From NCBI GenBank assembly GCA_963705255.1, contig OY970061.1:2304001-2368000 (forward strand): a DNA stretch of 64,000 nt, given 5' to 3'. The notes below the pieces were generated by a model. It searched no databases, was not told the origin of the DNA, and saw only the letters and a list, made by a program, of their open reading frames with translations. Origin of the DNA: an uncultured Methanoregulaceae archaeon (GTDB lineage Archaea > Halobacteriota > Methanomicrobia > Methanomicrobiales > Methanospirillaceae). The translations under genes were made by a program, and so were the position numbers. Positions within the stretch are counted from its first letter, which is position 1, and the number at the start of each line of letters is the position of its first letter. Shown piece after piece: positions 1 through 10,308 of the stretch.

Positions 1-2
1 TC

Positions 3-1199
3 ATGATCGGCCAGTCACGGTTTTCTCCTGCGGTCTTCCGGAACGTCTCGGTGACAGCATTCGTCTCCCCGGACTGTTCTGACGGGCTGTTCGCTTATGT
101 CGTGAACAATGCCACAAAGGAGATCCTGCTCAACGTGTACGAGTTCTCAAGCCCGGCGATGGGGGAGACTCTCATGGCGGCGCATAACCGTGGTGCTGAC
201 GTGCAGGTCCTCGTTGAAGGCGGGCCGGTGGGCGGGATTTTGCCCGAAGAAAAAGATGCCCTCTGGCAGATGAACCGGAGCGGGATCCCGGTCTCTGCGA
301 TGGTCTCTTCAAAGGACGTGCACGCCCCGTACCGCTACGACCATGCAAAATATGCCGTCATTGACCGGAGGGCGGTCCTGCTGACGAGCGAGAATTTCAA
401 ATTCAGCGGGTTTGCGGAAACGGGGACGACCGGCAACAGGGGGTGGGGTGTCTACCTTGAGGACCCGGCGCTGGCCGGCTATTTCTCAACCGTTTTCCTG
501 ACGGATATGAAAAGCCCGTCAGTTGTTTCCTATAGCGGGGCAGCCGGAAATCCGGAATCGCCCTCGACCGTCAAATATGCCGCTGAGTTCGCGCCCCGGA
601 CGTTCGATAATGCCACGGTCGTCCCGGTCCTTGCGCCCGATACAAGCGGCCAGATCGCGGACCTGATTAACTCGGCAGAAGTGAGCATCGAGATCGAGGA
701 GGCGTACATAACCAATGAGACCCCCCTCGCCCTGAACCCGTACCTGTCCGCCGCCATCAATGCCTCGCGGCGTGGCGTCCGTGTCAGGGTACTGCTGGAC
801 TCGTACTGGTATAACGTTGATGGCCGGAACGACAACGACGAGATGGTTGCGCTTATCAACCGTATCGGCGCCGCTGAACATATCCCCCTGGAAGCCCGGT
901 GTGCAGACCTCGATACCAACCGGATCGAAAAGATCCATAACAAGGGGGTCATTGTCGACGGCCGGAACGTCCTGGTGAGCAGCATCAACTGGAACAGCAA
1001 CTCGCCTAATTTCAACCGCGAGGCCGGCGTCATCATCGACCATCCCGCCGTGGCGCAGTACTTCCTCGGTGTATTCGAGGACGACTGGAACCCGTCCGTG
1101 AAATCACCGGGAATAAAAACCGATCATCTCAAAATTGCTGCGGCTGTACTGGTCATCGCGGTCCTGCTGATGATCTGGTACCGCCGGCACCGGGTATGA
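3..1199 (+). CDS. Phospholipase D-like (PLD/cardiolipin synthase superfamily) membrane-anchored protein, probably 5'-truncated by the window
   Basis: Two HKD motifs (HAKYAVID, HNKGVIVD ... SSINWN) and a C-terminal TM helix followed by basic residues. Confidence 0.85.
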   Translation: MIGQSRFSPAVFRNVSVTAFVSPDCSDGLFAYVVNNATKEILLNVYEFSSPAMGETLMAAHNRGADVQVLVEGGPVGGILPEEKDALWQMNRSGIPVSAMVSSKDVHAPYRYDHAKYAVIDRRAVLLTSENFKFSGFAETGTTGNRGWGVYLEDPALAGYFSTVFLTDMKSPSVVSYSGAAGNPESPSTVKYAAEFAPRTFDNATVVPVLAPDTSGQIADLINSAEVSIEIEEAYITNETPLALNPYLSAAINASRRGVRVRVLLDSYWYNVDGRNDNDEMVALINRIGAAEHIPLEARCADLDTNRIEKIHNKGVIVDGRNVLVSSINWNSNSPNFNREAGVIIDHPAVAQYFLGVFEDDWNPSVKSPGIKTDHLKIAAAVLVIAVLLMIWYRRHRV

Positions 1200-1252
1200 C
1201 AAGCTTCACGGACCACGGATAGCTGGGGTAATTTTTTTAAAAGAGCCGTAAT

Positions 1253-1567
1253 TCAGAACCTTTTGAGTGCGCACTGGCACACATCGCATAAGTTGATGTC
1301 GCTCTCACCGGTTACTACGGCCATTGCCCAGCGGTCGATGATACTGTCGAGTTCGGAAGATATCTGTACTTCCCCTGCTCCCCGCTTCCTGCTGATGTAC
1401 TGGGACACTGCGGCCCGGGTAACGCCAAGCCTTCTTGCGGCATCGCTCTGGCTGAGCCCCTGCCTCTGGACCAGCCGGAATACCATCTCCGCTCTCATCG
1501 GGGGCAGAAGGTTCCGGACCATGGTGTCACAGTGCATCAGGGTACAGGTATGCTTCATCATACGCAC
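1253..1567 (-). CDS. HTH transcriptional regulator (COG2522-like) with Cys/His motifs
   Basis: GLSQSDAARRLGVTRAAVSQYISRKRG HTH; C-terminal CxxC. Confidence 0.8.
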   Translation of the reverse strand: MRMMKHTCTLMHCDTMVRNLLPPMRAEMVFRLVQRQGLSQSDAARRLGVTRAAVSQYISRKRGAGEVQISSELDSIIDRWAMAVVTGESDINLCDVCQCALKRF

Positions 1568-1803
1568 GCCGGTTGCAGCTTTCCCGTCTCGGCAGGTCTC
1601 TGCTGGTAGATGATCTGTCTGGCGTCGCGGAAATTGAACTTCTCGATGATGAGCTGGTGCTCTTTGAGTTTTTTCAGGGCATATCGCACGGTCCGCGGCG
1701 CGAGGTGGCTCTTCTGCACGAGGTCCTTGTGGGTCATCGCGCCACCGGCATCCAGGATCTCAAGCACCGTCTTTGAGGAGGGTGGTAAGGTTGTAGGATA
1801 CAT
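1558..1803 (-). CDS. Small winged-helix DNA-binding protein
   Basis: LPPSSKTVLEIL...MTHKDL...LAPRTVRYALKKL...DARQ, typical archaeal wHTH; overlaps the downstream regulator. Confidence 0.8.
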   Translation of the reverse strand: MYPTTLPPSSKTVLEILDAGGAMTHKDLVQKSHLAPRTVRYALKKLKEHQLIIEKFNFRDARQIIYQQRPAETGKLQPACV

Positions 1804-1872
1804 GATAAAATGTTAACACTGTTAACATATCAATCTGTCGGTAATTTAAACCCGGGTCCTCAATACACGATC

Positions 1873-2244
1873 ATGTTCGTGCGCCAGGAACGGATAGCAG
1901 CGCTGCTTCTGGTCGGTGTTGCAGTCGTGGTGATCGGGGTCCACCTGGTACTGGATTCTGTCGGGAAACAACCCTTTGCCCGGATGTTCACCAATGCCTC
2001 TGCGGACGGGGAACTTGTCTATGCCGAAGGTACCGTCAGCCAGGCCACCCTTACCCGGAGCGGCGGGCACCTGGTCCTGAGCCTAGACGAGGTGACGGTT
2101 TTTGTACCTGCACAGGCTGCGGAAGGGCTGACCGTGCACAAAGGGGACCGGATATCGGTGTACGGGACTGTCCAGTCGTACCAGGGGAAAAAAGAGATAC
2201 TCGTAAGCTCGGGCAGGGATATCCGGATTATGCCGGCGGAGTGA
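1873..2244 (+). CDS. Membrane-anchored OB-fold protein
   Basis: N-terminal TM; GHLVL...KGDRISVYGTVQSYQGKKEI OB-fold pattern; start set at ATG 1873. Confidence 0.65.
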   Translation: MFVRQERIAALLLVGVAVVVIGVHLVLDSVGKQPFARMFTNASADGELVYAEGTVSQATLTRSGGHLVLSLDEVTVFVPAQAAEGLTVHKGDRISVYGTVQSYQGKKEILVSSGRDIRIMPAE

Positions 2245-2305
2245 ATGATCCGGAATCGGTGCTGCCATATGAGGAACCCTGACCGGCTGGAACGGTGCCG
2301 GCGGT

Positions 2306-2904
2306 TCAACCCGCCTTCTGTTCAGGACTCCCCGCGTTCTTCTTTGCTTTTTCCTTCCCGATCGATTCAAGGGCGTTTCGTGCGGTCTCCCGGACTTCCG
2401 CATCAGGGTCCGTAAGGATTTTTGTGAGAGCGGCAGCCGCCTGTTCATCCGCGATAGCGCCGAGCGCCCACGCCGCATTCTTCCTCACCTGTTTTTTCTT
2501 GTCCTCGAGCAGTGGAATGAGCGCAGGAACAGCGGACGGGTCCATGAGTTTTCCGAGTCCCCATGCGGCCCCGGCCCTCATCCATTTTTCATCGGATTTC
2601 AGCGCGCTGATGAGGGGCCCCGCGGCGCGGCGGTCCCCGAGTTTTCCCAGGGACTTCGCTGCCAGCCACTGGACGTCGACATAAGGATCGCTGAGCGCCT
2701 CGATCAGCGGCCCGACGGCAGTGCTGTCCCCTTCGTCACCCAGGGCCTCTGCGGCACGCCAGCGATAATTGAGGTTATCGTCCTTCAGGAGGGTGATGAA
2801 CCCCCGGACCCGCAGCTTCTTCGTTCTTCAGTTCCGGCAAGCTCTTCCGGTGTTGGTTCCGGTGGAGTTCCTGCCGCAGGAACCGGTGAATCAGCGTCCC
2901 CCAT
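2306..2904 (-). CDS. HEAT/PBS-lyase repeat protein (one indel near 2820)
   Basis: Repeats WRAAEALG, WLAAKSLG, RAGAAWGLG, RKNAAWALG; ATG 2904 is out of frame with the repeat frame. Confidence 0.75.
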
Positions 2905-3023
2905 CCAGACTCAACAGCCACCCATACGTGGTGTCGGACTATTAATTTTTTCTCTTGATTCCCGGGCTATTTGAGAGGATCCCGCACAGGTTCCGTGCAG
3001 AAGTATGACTGCGGGCTGCCCGG

Positions 3024-3893
3024 CTATTTTTTCTCTTCCGGGAAAATTTCGAGATTTACGGAAAAGTTTTTCACAGTATGGGTGAGTGCCCCCATGCTGA
3101 TGACGTCAACCCCGCAGGCCGCATATTCCCCGATGGTGGACTCATTGATCCCGCCGGAGAGTTCGATGACTACACGGCCTCTCAGCCCTGCATCGTCAAG
3201 CGCAGCGAGCGTCTCCCGTACCTGCCCGGGTCCCATGTTATCCAAAAGAATAATATCTGCTCCGGCTGCTGCAGCGCTGAAGGCATCGCCCGGGGTCTCG
3301 ACCTCAACTTCGATCTTTTTGTAGGCCGTGCTCTTCTTCGCAGCATGTATCGCTTCTTCGAGTGGGATGAGGGCGAGGTGGTTATCCTTGATCAGGAACC
3401 CGTCGCTCAGGTTCATGCGGTGGACCTCCCCTCCCCCGATCCGGACCGCCTTCTTGTCGAGTGCCCTGATCCCGGGGCAGGTCTTACGGGTCGCTGCCAC
3501 CCGGCAGTGTGGGTTCTTCGACCTGACGATGCCGGCCATCCTGGCGGTCTGGGTGGCTATCCCGCTCATCCTGCCGATGATGTTGAGCGCGGTCCGCTCG
3601 ACAAGCAGGATCTTTTTTGCACTGCCGGTGAGCGATAGCACAATGTCTCCCGTGTTCACAACATCCCCGTCAGTTTTCCCCCGGGCGACAGAAATACCGA
3701 AATGGGAGAAGAGTGCGGACGCTTCCTCAAGCCCTGCAATGATCCCGGCCTGCTCGGCCCGGATCGCAGCCCGGCAGGTGACGTCCGGTATGATCGCGTC
3801 CGAAGTGATGTCCCCTCCCGGTGCATCTTCCTCTATAAACTTCAGCAGGTAATCGACTGAAACCATGACTGCTGCCACCGGCTTTTTCGTCAT
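3024..3893 (-). CDS. nadC: Nicotinate-nucleotide pyrophosphorylase (quinolinate phosphoribosyltransferase)
   Basis: ATRKT, HRMNLSD, LIKDNH, IEVEV, ILLDNM, SGGI motifs. Confidence 0.95.
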   Translation of the reverse strand: MTKKPVAAVMVSVDYLLKFIEEDAPGGDITSDAIIPDVTCRAAIRAEQAGIIAGLEEASALFSHFGISVARGKTDGDVVNTGDIVLSLTGSAKKILLVERTALNIIGRMSGIATQTARMAGIVRSKNPHCRVAATRKTCPGIRALDKKAVRIGGGEVHRMNLSDGFLIKDNHLALIPLEEAIHAAKKSTAYKKIEVEVETPGDAFSAAAAGADIILLDNMGPGQVRETLAALDDAGLRGRVVIELSGGINESTIGEYAACGVDVISMGALTHTVKNFSVNLEIFPEEKK

Positions 3894-4648
3894 GTCCCGA
3901 GGACTATCGGGTCACTCAGTTTTTCAAGGAGCGAGAGGATGGAGAGGGCGGCAAGGTAACTCGTCGCAGGATTGTCGGGGCTCGGGAAGTTGGTCACCCG
4001 GATGTACGCCTCCCCGAAATCCCCTTCAAAGAAGAGTTCGTGCACGTTCCGGTCTACCGACGGATCGACCCAGAGCTCCACGTCGGTTTCCTGGCCGGCC
4101 GCAAGACTCATGGCAACCGAGACGTTCACATTTTTTGGGAACGCCTTGATGCACTCGTTGGCCTTGCCGCTGAAGATCCTCTTTTTTGTGTCTGCTTCAA
4201 TCCCGAGCGACGCCGGGCTCTTGGTGGTCTTGAGGAGCAGCCGGCTGATCGTGGAAATCCGCCCGACCTTGAGATTGTCGAGCCCGAAGATTGCCCCGCT
4301 GGGGACGTAGACCTTTTTTGCGGATGCCTGTGCGGCCGTACGGATCTTCTCCCTGAATTCCGCATCTGTCAGGGCGCCGACACTCATGATGACCATGTCC
4401 TTGCGGTGGGCCAGGACTTCGATCGCATAGGCCTTTGCCGCACTGACAGACGCCGCTTCTACGACAATATCAATATCTGCATTGATGAACGACCCGAAGT
4501 CCTTGCAGACCCGTGACCCTGAGATCGCCGCGATCTCCTGTGCCCGTCCGGGCACCTTATCGAATACGGCAGAGATCTCGAAGCCGCTGGCATGCGTTGC
4601 AATAATATGCCCGATATTGCCGCAGCCGAGCAGCCCGATCTTTATCAT
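3890..4648 (-). CDS. nadX: L-aspartate dehydrogenase
   Basis: GCGNIG Rossmann motif, PSGAIFGLD, FPKNVNVS, NPATSYLA; coupled to nadC. Confidence 0.92.
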   Translation of the reverse strand: MIKIGLLGCGNIGHIIATHASGFEISAVFDKVPGRAQEIAAISGSRVCKDFGSFINADIDIVVEAASVSAAKAYAIEVLAHRKDMVIMSVGALTDAEFREKIRTAAQASAKKVYVPSGAIFGLDNLKVGRISTISRLLLKTTKSPASLGIEADTKKRIFSGKANECIKAFPKNVNVSVAMSLAAGQETDVELWVDPSVDRNVHELFFEGDFGEAYIRVTNFPSPDNPATSYLAALSILSLLEKLSDPIVLGT

Positions 4649-4876
4649 GGTTAACAGATTATGGGTACAATCGGTTAATGGTTGCGTTCACAACCGACTG
4701 CGTCGTGAAACCGGTTTTTTCCGGTACCCTTTGCCGGGTTGGTACTCCCTGCACCTCCGGATGGTGTCCCTCTCTCCTGAATACCTGCTGGCGGGGGCTC
4801 ACGACCGTCTGCCGGGTCGAAGTGCCAGCTTCAAGACTTTATACGCATCGCGTTCAATGGATCCGGTGGCTGTGCT

Positions 4877-6146
4877 ATGGCGACACCTTACCGGGGCAAC
4901 CCGTCAGGAAATTTTTCCGGAGAAGGGGCGATAGATTTCCTTCGCGACCGGCGGGTCTTTGTCGAGACCTACGGGTGCCGCTACAATTTCGGCGACACCG
5001 CAAAACTCGTCGAGGTCCTGAAACAGAACGGGAATGCGATCGTGGGATCAGAAGACCTGGCCGACACGATCATCATCAATACCTGCACGGTGGTCGGACC
5101 TACGGAGCGGCGGATACTGAGGCGTCTGTCGCAGTTCCGGGACCGCAACCTCTATGTTACCGGGTGCATGCCGGCGGTCCAGCTCGAGGCGATCCGGGCT
5201 GTCTGCAGTCCTGTTGTCATCCCCCCCGAATCCATCCATGAAAGCTACCGGAAGGTAAGGACCGTACCGGACGGGCCGGTCGGAATAGTCCAGATCGCCC
5301 GGGGGTGCTCGGGAACCTGCACCTACTGCATCACCCGCTCCGCACGCGGCCAGCTGAAAAGTTGCCCGGAACGGGAAATCCATGACGAGGTCCTGGCATT
5401 TGTACGGAAAGGCACACCGGAGATCCAGACTGACTGCACAGGACGTAAGTTCCTATGGCCGGGACACCGGGCGGTCGCTTCCGGAACTGTTGCACCGGAT
5501 CGGGGACCTGCCAGGGCATTACATGCTCCGGGTCGGTATGATGAACCCCGCGACCGTCAGGAGGGATCTTGACCGCCTCATTGAGGCTTTCGGAAGCGAC
5601 CATATCTTCAAATTCATCCACCTGCCGGTCCAGTCCGGGTCGGATATGGTTCTCGGGCGCATGGGTCGGGGGTATTCAGTCGCCGATTTCGAGGAGATCG
5701 TTGCCGCATTCCGTGAAACGTACCCGGAAATGACGCTGATGACCGACATGATCGTGGGGTTCTGCGGTGAAACCGATGACGACTTCAACCAGTCGCTTGA
5801 ACTCATCCGCCGTATCCGGCCGGACAAAGTGAATATCACCCGCTATTCCCCGCGCCCGTTCACCCCGGTTTTCCTGGAAAAAGATTTTCCCGACTCGGTC
5901 AAGAAGGACCGCTCGCGCAGGATGAACTCCTGTGCGGAACAGATCTACCATGAACTCAACCGGCGATACCTGAATACGACCGTGCCCTTCGTAGTGACCG
6001 AATCCGTCCGGGAGGGGTCGGTCATGGCACGATCCCCGGATTATCTCGGCATCGTGATCAACGAGGACCTGCCGATGGGCTATGAAGGGCGGGCAGTCCT
6101 GAAAAAAGCCCGGAACTATTTCTTTATCGGGGAACGGGTTGCCTGA
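4877..6146 (+). CDS. MiaB/MtaB-family radical SAM tRNA methylthiotransferase (extra base near 5430)
   Basis: ETYGC, NTCTV, CSGTCTYC, HLPVQSGS, TDMIVGF motifs split across ORFs 4877..5572 and 5382..6146. Confidence 0.88.
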
Positions 6147-6264
6147 CCTGCATGGTTATTGCCGGATGCGGGGGGGAGTCCCGATGCGGAAACGAGCGGT
6201 TTTATAGGCAGAGCATAAAACCTTCTTATCTTTTTATGAAAACCGCCGGAATGAGGGTGAAGAT

Positions 6265-6792
6265 ATGGACGAGATAGAAAAAGGCTTTGAAAAACTGATG
6301 AAGAAGATCGAGGAGCTGCAGGAAAAGAACGCGACGCTTTCTGAGAAGGTCAGGACAAATGATGCAAAACTTCTCGCGAAGATGAGTGCATCCGCGGTCC
6401 CGGTCGTAAAAATAGTCGGTCTCAATATGCTCAGGATGGGCAAGCAGGACACCAAAGGCGAGATCTACGACCCGGTGTACTACCCGCAGAAGATGATCCT
6501 GCTCGGGAAGTCCGAACCCGCCGCGTTGCGTCCCGATGACCCGTCAAAAAAAATAACCGACCAGTTCTGCGTGCTGTCGGAAGACGGGGATTTTTTCGAG
6601 CTGATGTACAGTTTTGACGGGTTCCTCACGGATTCGTATCTCAACCCGGTCGATCCGAAGACGGCGCTCGACCGGTACGGCTACGATATCCTGTTCATGC
6701 TCTACCGGGCAATGCATGACTACCTGAAGGGGGAAGAGGCACTCATTGAGGCTCTCGAAAAAGTGGTAGGATACGTTTTTGCCCGGGCATAA
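6265..6792 (+). CDS. Conserved hypothetical protein, N-terminal coiled coil
   Basis: 175-aa ORF with host-like codon usage and an upstream GAGGGTGA RBS-like site. Confidence 0.7.
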   Translation: MDEIEKGFEKLMKKIEELQEKNATLSEKVRTNDAKLLAKMSASAVPVVKIVGLNMLRMGKQDTKGEIYDPVYYPQKMILLGKSEPAALRPDDPSKKITDQFCVLSEDGDFFELMYSFDGFLTDSYLNPVDPKTALDRYGYDILFMLYRAMHDYLKGEEALIEALEKVVGYVFARA

Positions 6793-6943
6793 CGGCGGAA
6801 TCCAGATCTCTATCTCATCTTTTTTCCAGAAGAACGGTGCCCTGCCCGGATGGTTCCGTATGTTCACGCGCTGCTTTTCCGTGTTCCCCCGGCGAAAGCG
6901 GACACTACGGGTTCGGGAAAGAAAAACAAAAGAAAAACCCTGA

Positions 6944-7018
6944 TGGGCCCGATGTGATTCGAACACATGACCTCCCGGTTATCGAGCCGGGCGCACCACC
7001 TGGCTATGCTACGGGCCC
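6944..7018 (-). tRNA. tRNA-Ile (GAT, or CAT/Ile2) with an apparent 8-nt anticodon loop
   Basis: GGGCCCGTAGCATAGCCAGGTGGTGCGCCCGG-CTCGATAA-CCGGGAGGTCATGTGTTCGAATCACATCGGGCCCA cloverleaf. Confidence 0.85.
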
Positions 7019-7152
7019 AAAAGCTACTGAATTTACCCTAATATCTACTGCATCAGAGTTTTTATAGGTTGTGAATCCATGGGCAGGCTTCCGGGAACCT
7101 TCAGATAGGGATATGTGCAAAAAAACTACGATACTAGTACGGGAATGGGATC

Positions 7153-8919
7153 ATGGAACGAAGATATCTTCTCGGGAACGAAGCGATTGCACATGCCTGT
7201 CTTGAGTCGGGTGTCGACTTTGTAAGCGGCTATCCCGGTACGCCGTCATCGGAAGTGATCGATGTGCTGCGGGCCCGGCCGGACTGGTCGTATTATGTCG
7301 AATGGTCGGTGAATGAAAAAGTGGCACTGGAGAACGCCCTTGCAGCAGCATGGTGCGGCATCCGCGCACTCTGCACCATGAAGCATGTCGGGCTGAATGT
7401 GGCTGCCGATCCCCTGATGACCAGCGCGTACACCGGCGTGACCGGCGGTCTTGTGATCATGAGCGCGGACGACCCGTTTGCCCACAGTTCCCAGAACGAA
7501 CAGGACACCCGCTGCTACGCCCATTTCGCCCGGGTGCCGTGCCTCGACCCCGCAAGCATCCAGGAAGCCCATGACATGATCCGGTCCGCGTTCGAACTTT
7601 CCGAGGAGTTCGGGCTCCCGGTACTCTTCCGGCCCACGACCCGCATCTGCCATTCGAAAGGTGACGTGGAGCTGGGGCCCGCTGTCCCGGGCCTGAGGAA
7701 AGGGGAGTTCCACAAGGACCCCCGGCAATACGTCGTGATCCCTGCCCATACCCGCGTCCTCCACAAAAAACTCAACGAAAAACAGCCGGCGATCCGGAAG
7801 CGGCTCGTCGGAGCGGGTTTCAACCGGTACGAGATCCGCGGAGAGACCGCGGTCATAGCTGGCGGGATCGGGGTATCCTATGTCCGGGAACTGTTGCCAG
7901 AGGGCGTTTCCTTCATGAAGATCGGTGCGTACCCGATCGACGAGGAGTGGATGGGGGATTTTGTCAGGAAGCACGAAAAAGTCCTTGTCATCGAGGAGCT
8001 TGCCCCTGAGATCGAAGAGACGGTGCGTCAGGTCGCCGGGTGTACCCCGGTATTCGGGAAGAAGAACGGGTACGCCCCCTATGAGGGGGAGTTATCGCCC
8101 CAGGTTGTTGCGGCCATCTTGGAGAAGGCAGGATTCCTGAAAAACCCGTTCCCGCCCGCTGAACCGGTACCGGGCCTGCCGCCCCGCCCCCCGATCCTCT
8201 GTGCAGGCTGCCTGCACCGCGGGGCATTCTATGCGATAAAAAAGGTCTTCAAGGACGCGATCTATCCAAGCGATATCGGGTGCTACACGCTCGGTCTCCA
8301 GCTCGGGGTAGTCGACACCACAATCTGCATGGGCGCATCGATCACGGTCGCGAGCGGCATCGCGCACTCCGGTGAGACCCGGGACATGGTATGCACGATC
8401 GGCGACTCCACGTTCCTTCACACCGGCATCCAAGGCCTGATGAACGCCGTCTATAACGGCGCGGACATGACCGTCGTGATCCTTGACAACCGGATCACGG
8501 CGATGACCGGCCACCAGCCGAACCCGAATACCGGTGCAACGGCCTGCGGTATCGAGACGCCGCCGGTCTCGCTCGATGCCGTCTGCCGTGCGTGCGGCGT
8601 CAGGTTTGTCGAGACCGTCGATCCTTACGATATCACCGGCATGGTGAACGTGCTCCAGGAGGCAAAGAAGCGGAAGGGCGTCAGGGTCGTCATCGCCAGA
8701 CAGATGTGCGTCATCTCGGCCCGCCGGGCCGGGGTAAAACGCGGGAGGTACCTGGTTGATTCCGAAGCCTGTACCGGGTGCGGGACCTGCGTGCGATTCG
8801 GCTGTCCTGCCATCGAGTTCGAAGATGAGAAAGCCCGGATCAACGAGCTGTGCAGCGGGTGTGCGGTCTGTGCCCAGCTCTGTCCCGCGGGTGCCATTGT
8901 GCGGGAGGGGAAGCGATGA
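7153..8919 (+). CDS. iorA: Indolepyruvate:ferredoxin oxidoreductase alpha subunit
   Basis: GYPGTPSSE, MKHVGLNVAADP, SSQNEQD, TPP motif GDSTF..., C-terminal 2x[4Fe-4S]. Confidence 0.95.
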   Translation: MERRYLLGNEAIAHACLESGVDFVSGYPGTPSSEVIDVLRARPDWSYYVEWSVNEKVALENALAAAWCGIRALCTMKHVGLNVAADPLMTSAYTGVTGGLVIMSADDPFAHSSQNEQDTRCYAHFARVPCLDPASIQEAHDMIRSAFELSEEFGLPVLFRPTTRICHSKGDVELGPAVPGLRKGEFHKDPRQYVVIPAHTRVLHKKLNEKQPAIRKRLVGAGFNRYEIRGETAVIAGGIGVSYVRELLPEGVSFMKIGAYPIDEEWMGDFVRKHEKVLVIEELAPEIEETVRQVAGCTPVFGKKNGYAPYEGELSPQVVAAILEKAGFLKNPFPPAEPVPGLPPRPPILCAGCLHRGAFYAIKKVFKDAIYPSDIGCYTLGLQLGVVDTTICMGASITVASGIAHSGETRDMVCTIGDSTFLHTGIQGLMNAVYNGADMTVVILDNRITAMTGHQPNPNTGATACGIETPPVSLDAVCRACGVRFVETVDPYDITGMVNVLQEAKKRKGVRVVIARQMCVISARRAGVKRGRYLVDSEACTGCGTCVRFGCPAIEFEDEKARINELCSGCAVCAQLCPAGAIVREGKR

Positions 8920-9500
8920 GCGGCAGTTTCGATATCCTGATCGTCGGGATCGGTGGGCAGGGCACCATCCTCGCTTCGAACATCCTTGGCGAAGCCTGCC
9001 TGATCGAGGGGAGGCACGTGAAAGGTGCTGAGACCCACGGCATGGCCCAGCGCGGCGGTTCGGTGGAGAGCCACATCCGGATCGATGGGCGGTACGGCCC
9101 CCTGATCGCCCCCGGGCAGGCCGATCTCCTCATCTCGTTTGACCTCCTCGAAGCCCTCCGCTACTCGCATTACCTCAAAAGAGGCGGCAGGATCGTGGCG
9201 AACAGCCATCTCGTGCTCCCGACGTCCGTCTATACGCAGAAACTTCCGGCCCCGACTGAAGGCGAGATCATCGCGGCCCTGAAAAAGTACGATCTCTGTC
9301 TCCTCGATGCGGACAGGATCGCGACCGGGGCAGGCAGCCCGCTCTCCCAGAACGTCGTGATGCTCGGCGCCTCGTCCCGGTGGATGCCCCTGAAACCGGC
9401 AACCCTCCTTGAATCGGTCAGGCGCCTCGTCCCGAAAAAGACCGTGGAGATCAACACGAAGGCCTTCGAGATGGGCAGGGAAGCCGGCGGGACGGGCTGA
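8916..9500 (+). CDS. iorB: Indolepyruvate:ferredoxin oxidoreductase beta subunit
   Basis: GIGGQG, ETHGMAQRGGSV; ATGA overlap with iorA. Confidence 0.93.
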   Translation: MSGSFDILIVGIGGQGTILASNILGEACLIEGRHVKGAETHGMAQRGGSVESHIRIDGRYGPLIAPGQADLLISFDLLEALRYSHYLKRGGRIVANSHLVLPTSVYTQKLPAPTEGEIIAALKKYDLCLLDADRIATGAGSPLSQNVVMLGASSRWMPLKPATLLESVRRLVPKKTVEINTKAFEMGREAGGTG

Positions 9501-10228
9501 TGGAACCCCGGCTGGGTGCATTCGAAGAGGACACCCTCTACGAAGGGGACGCACTCAGGCTCATGCCGGAGATCCCGGCCGCATCCATCGATCTCATCGT
9601 CACCGATCCCCCGTTTGCAATCGATTTCAAGGCGCAGAGGCTGAATTACAACCGGACGGGGAGCAACGTGCTCGAAGGCTACCGGGAGATCCCGGAGGCC
9701 GAGTACCCGTGAGTTTACCCGACAGTGGATTGCCGAGGCCTACCGCGTGCTTTCACCCGCAGGAAGCATGTATATCTTTTCCGGCTGGAACGGCTCCGCG
9801 ACATCCTCGAAGGAGTTGACGATGCCGGGTTCACGACGGTCAACCACCTGATCTGGAAATACCAGTTCGGGGTCTTCACGAAGAAAAAATACGTCACCAG
9901 CCACTATCACATCCTGTTCGTGGCAAAGGACCCGAAACGCTACACGTTCAACAAGATCGACCATTACCCGGAAGACGTCTGGGTCATCAACCGCGAGTAC
10001 TGGAAGGGGAGGAAAAAAACCCCGACCAAACTCCCCTCCGAACTGGTGAAGAAGATCCTTTCCTATTCCAGCAACCCCGGCGACCTTGTCTTTGACCCGT
10101 TCCTCGGTTCCGGGACGGTCGCGGTTGTTGCGCACCAGTTGGGACGGCACTTTCTTGGTTTCGAGGTAGTCCCTGAGTATTGTGCCTTTGCCCGGGCAGC
10201 CCTCTCAAAAAAAGCCGGTACCCGCTGA
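9500..10228 (+). CDS. Orphan beta-class N4C/N6A DNA methyltransferase (two compensating indels near 9707 and 9790)
   Basis: TDPPF catalytic motif at the N-terminus and DPFLGSGT SAM motif at the C-terminus; the middle segment EFTRQWIAEAYRVLSPAGSMYIFSGWN is in another frame. Confidence 0.85.
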
Positions 10229-10308
10229 TCTTCCCCGCACCCGGATCGCAGGATTCCATCCGGCATCAAAACGGAAAGGGCAGACTGATCCCATTAAAAA
10301 TAGACGTT

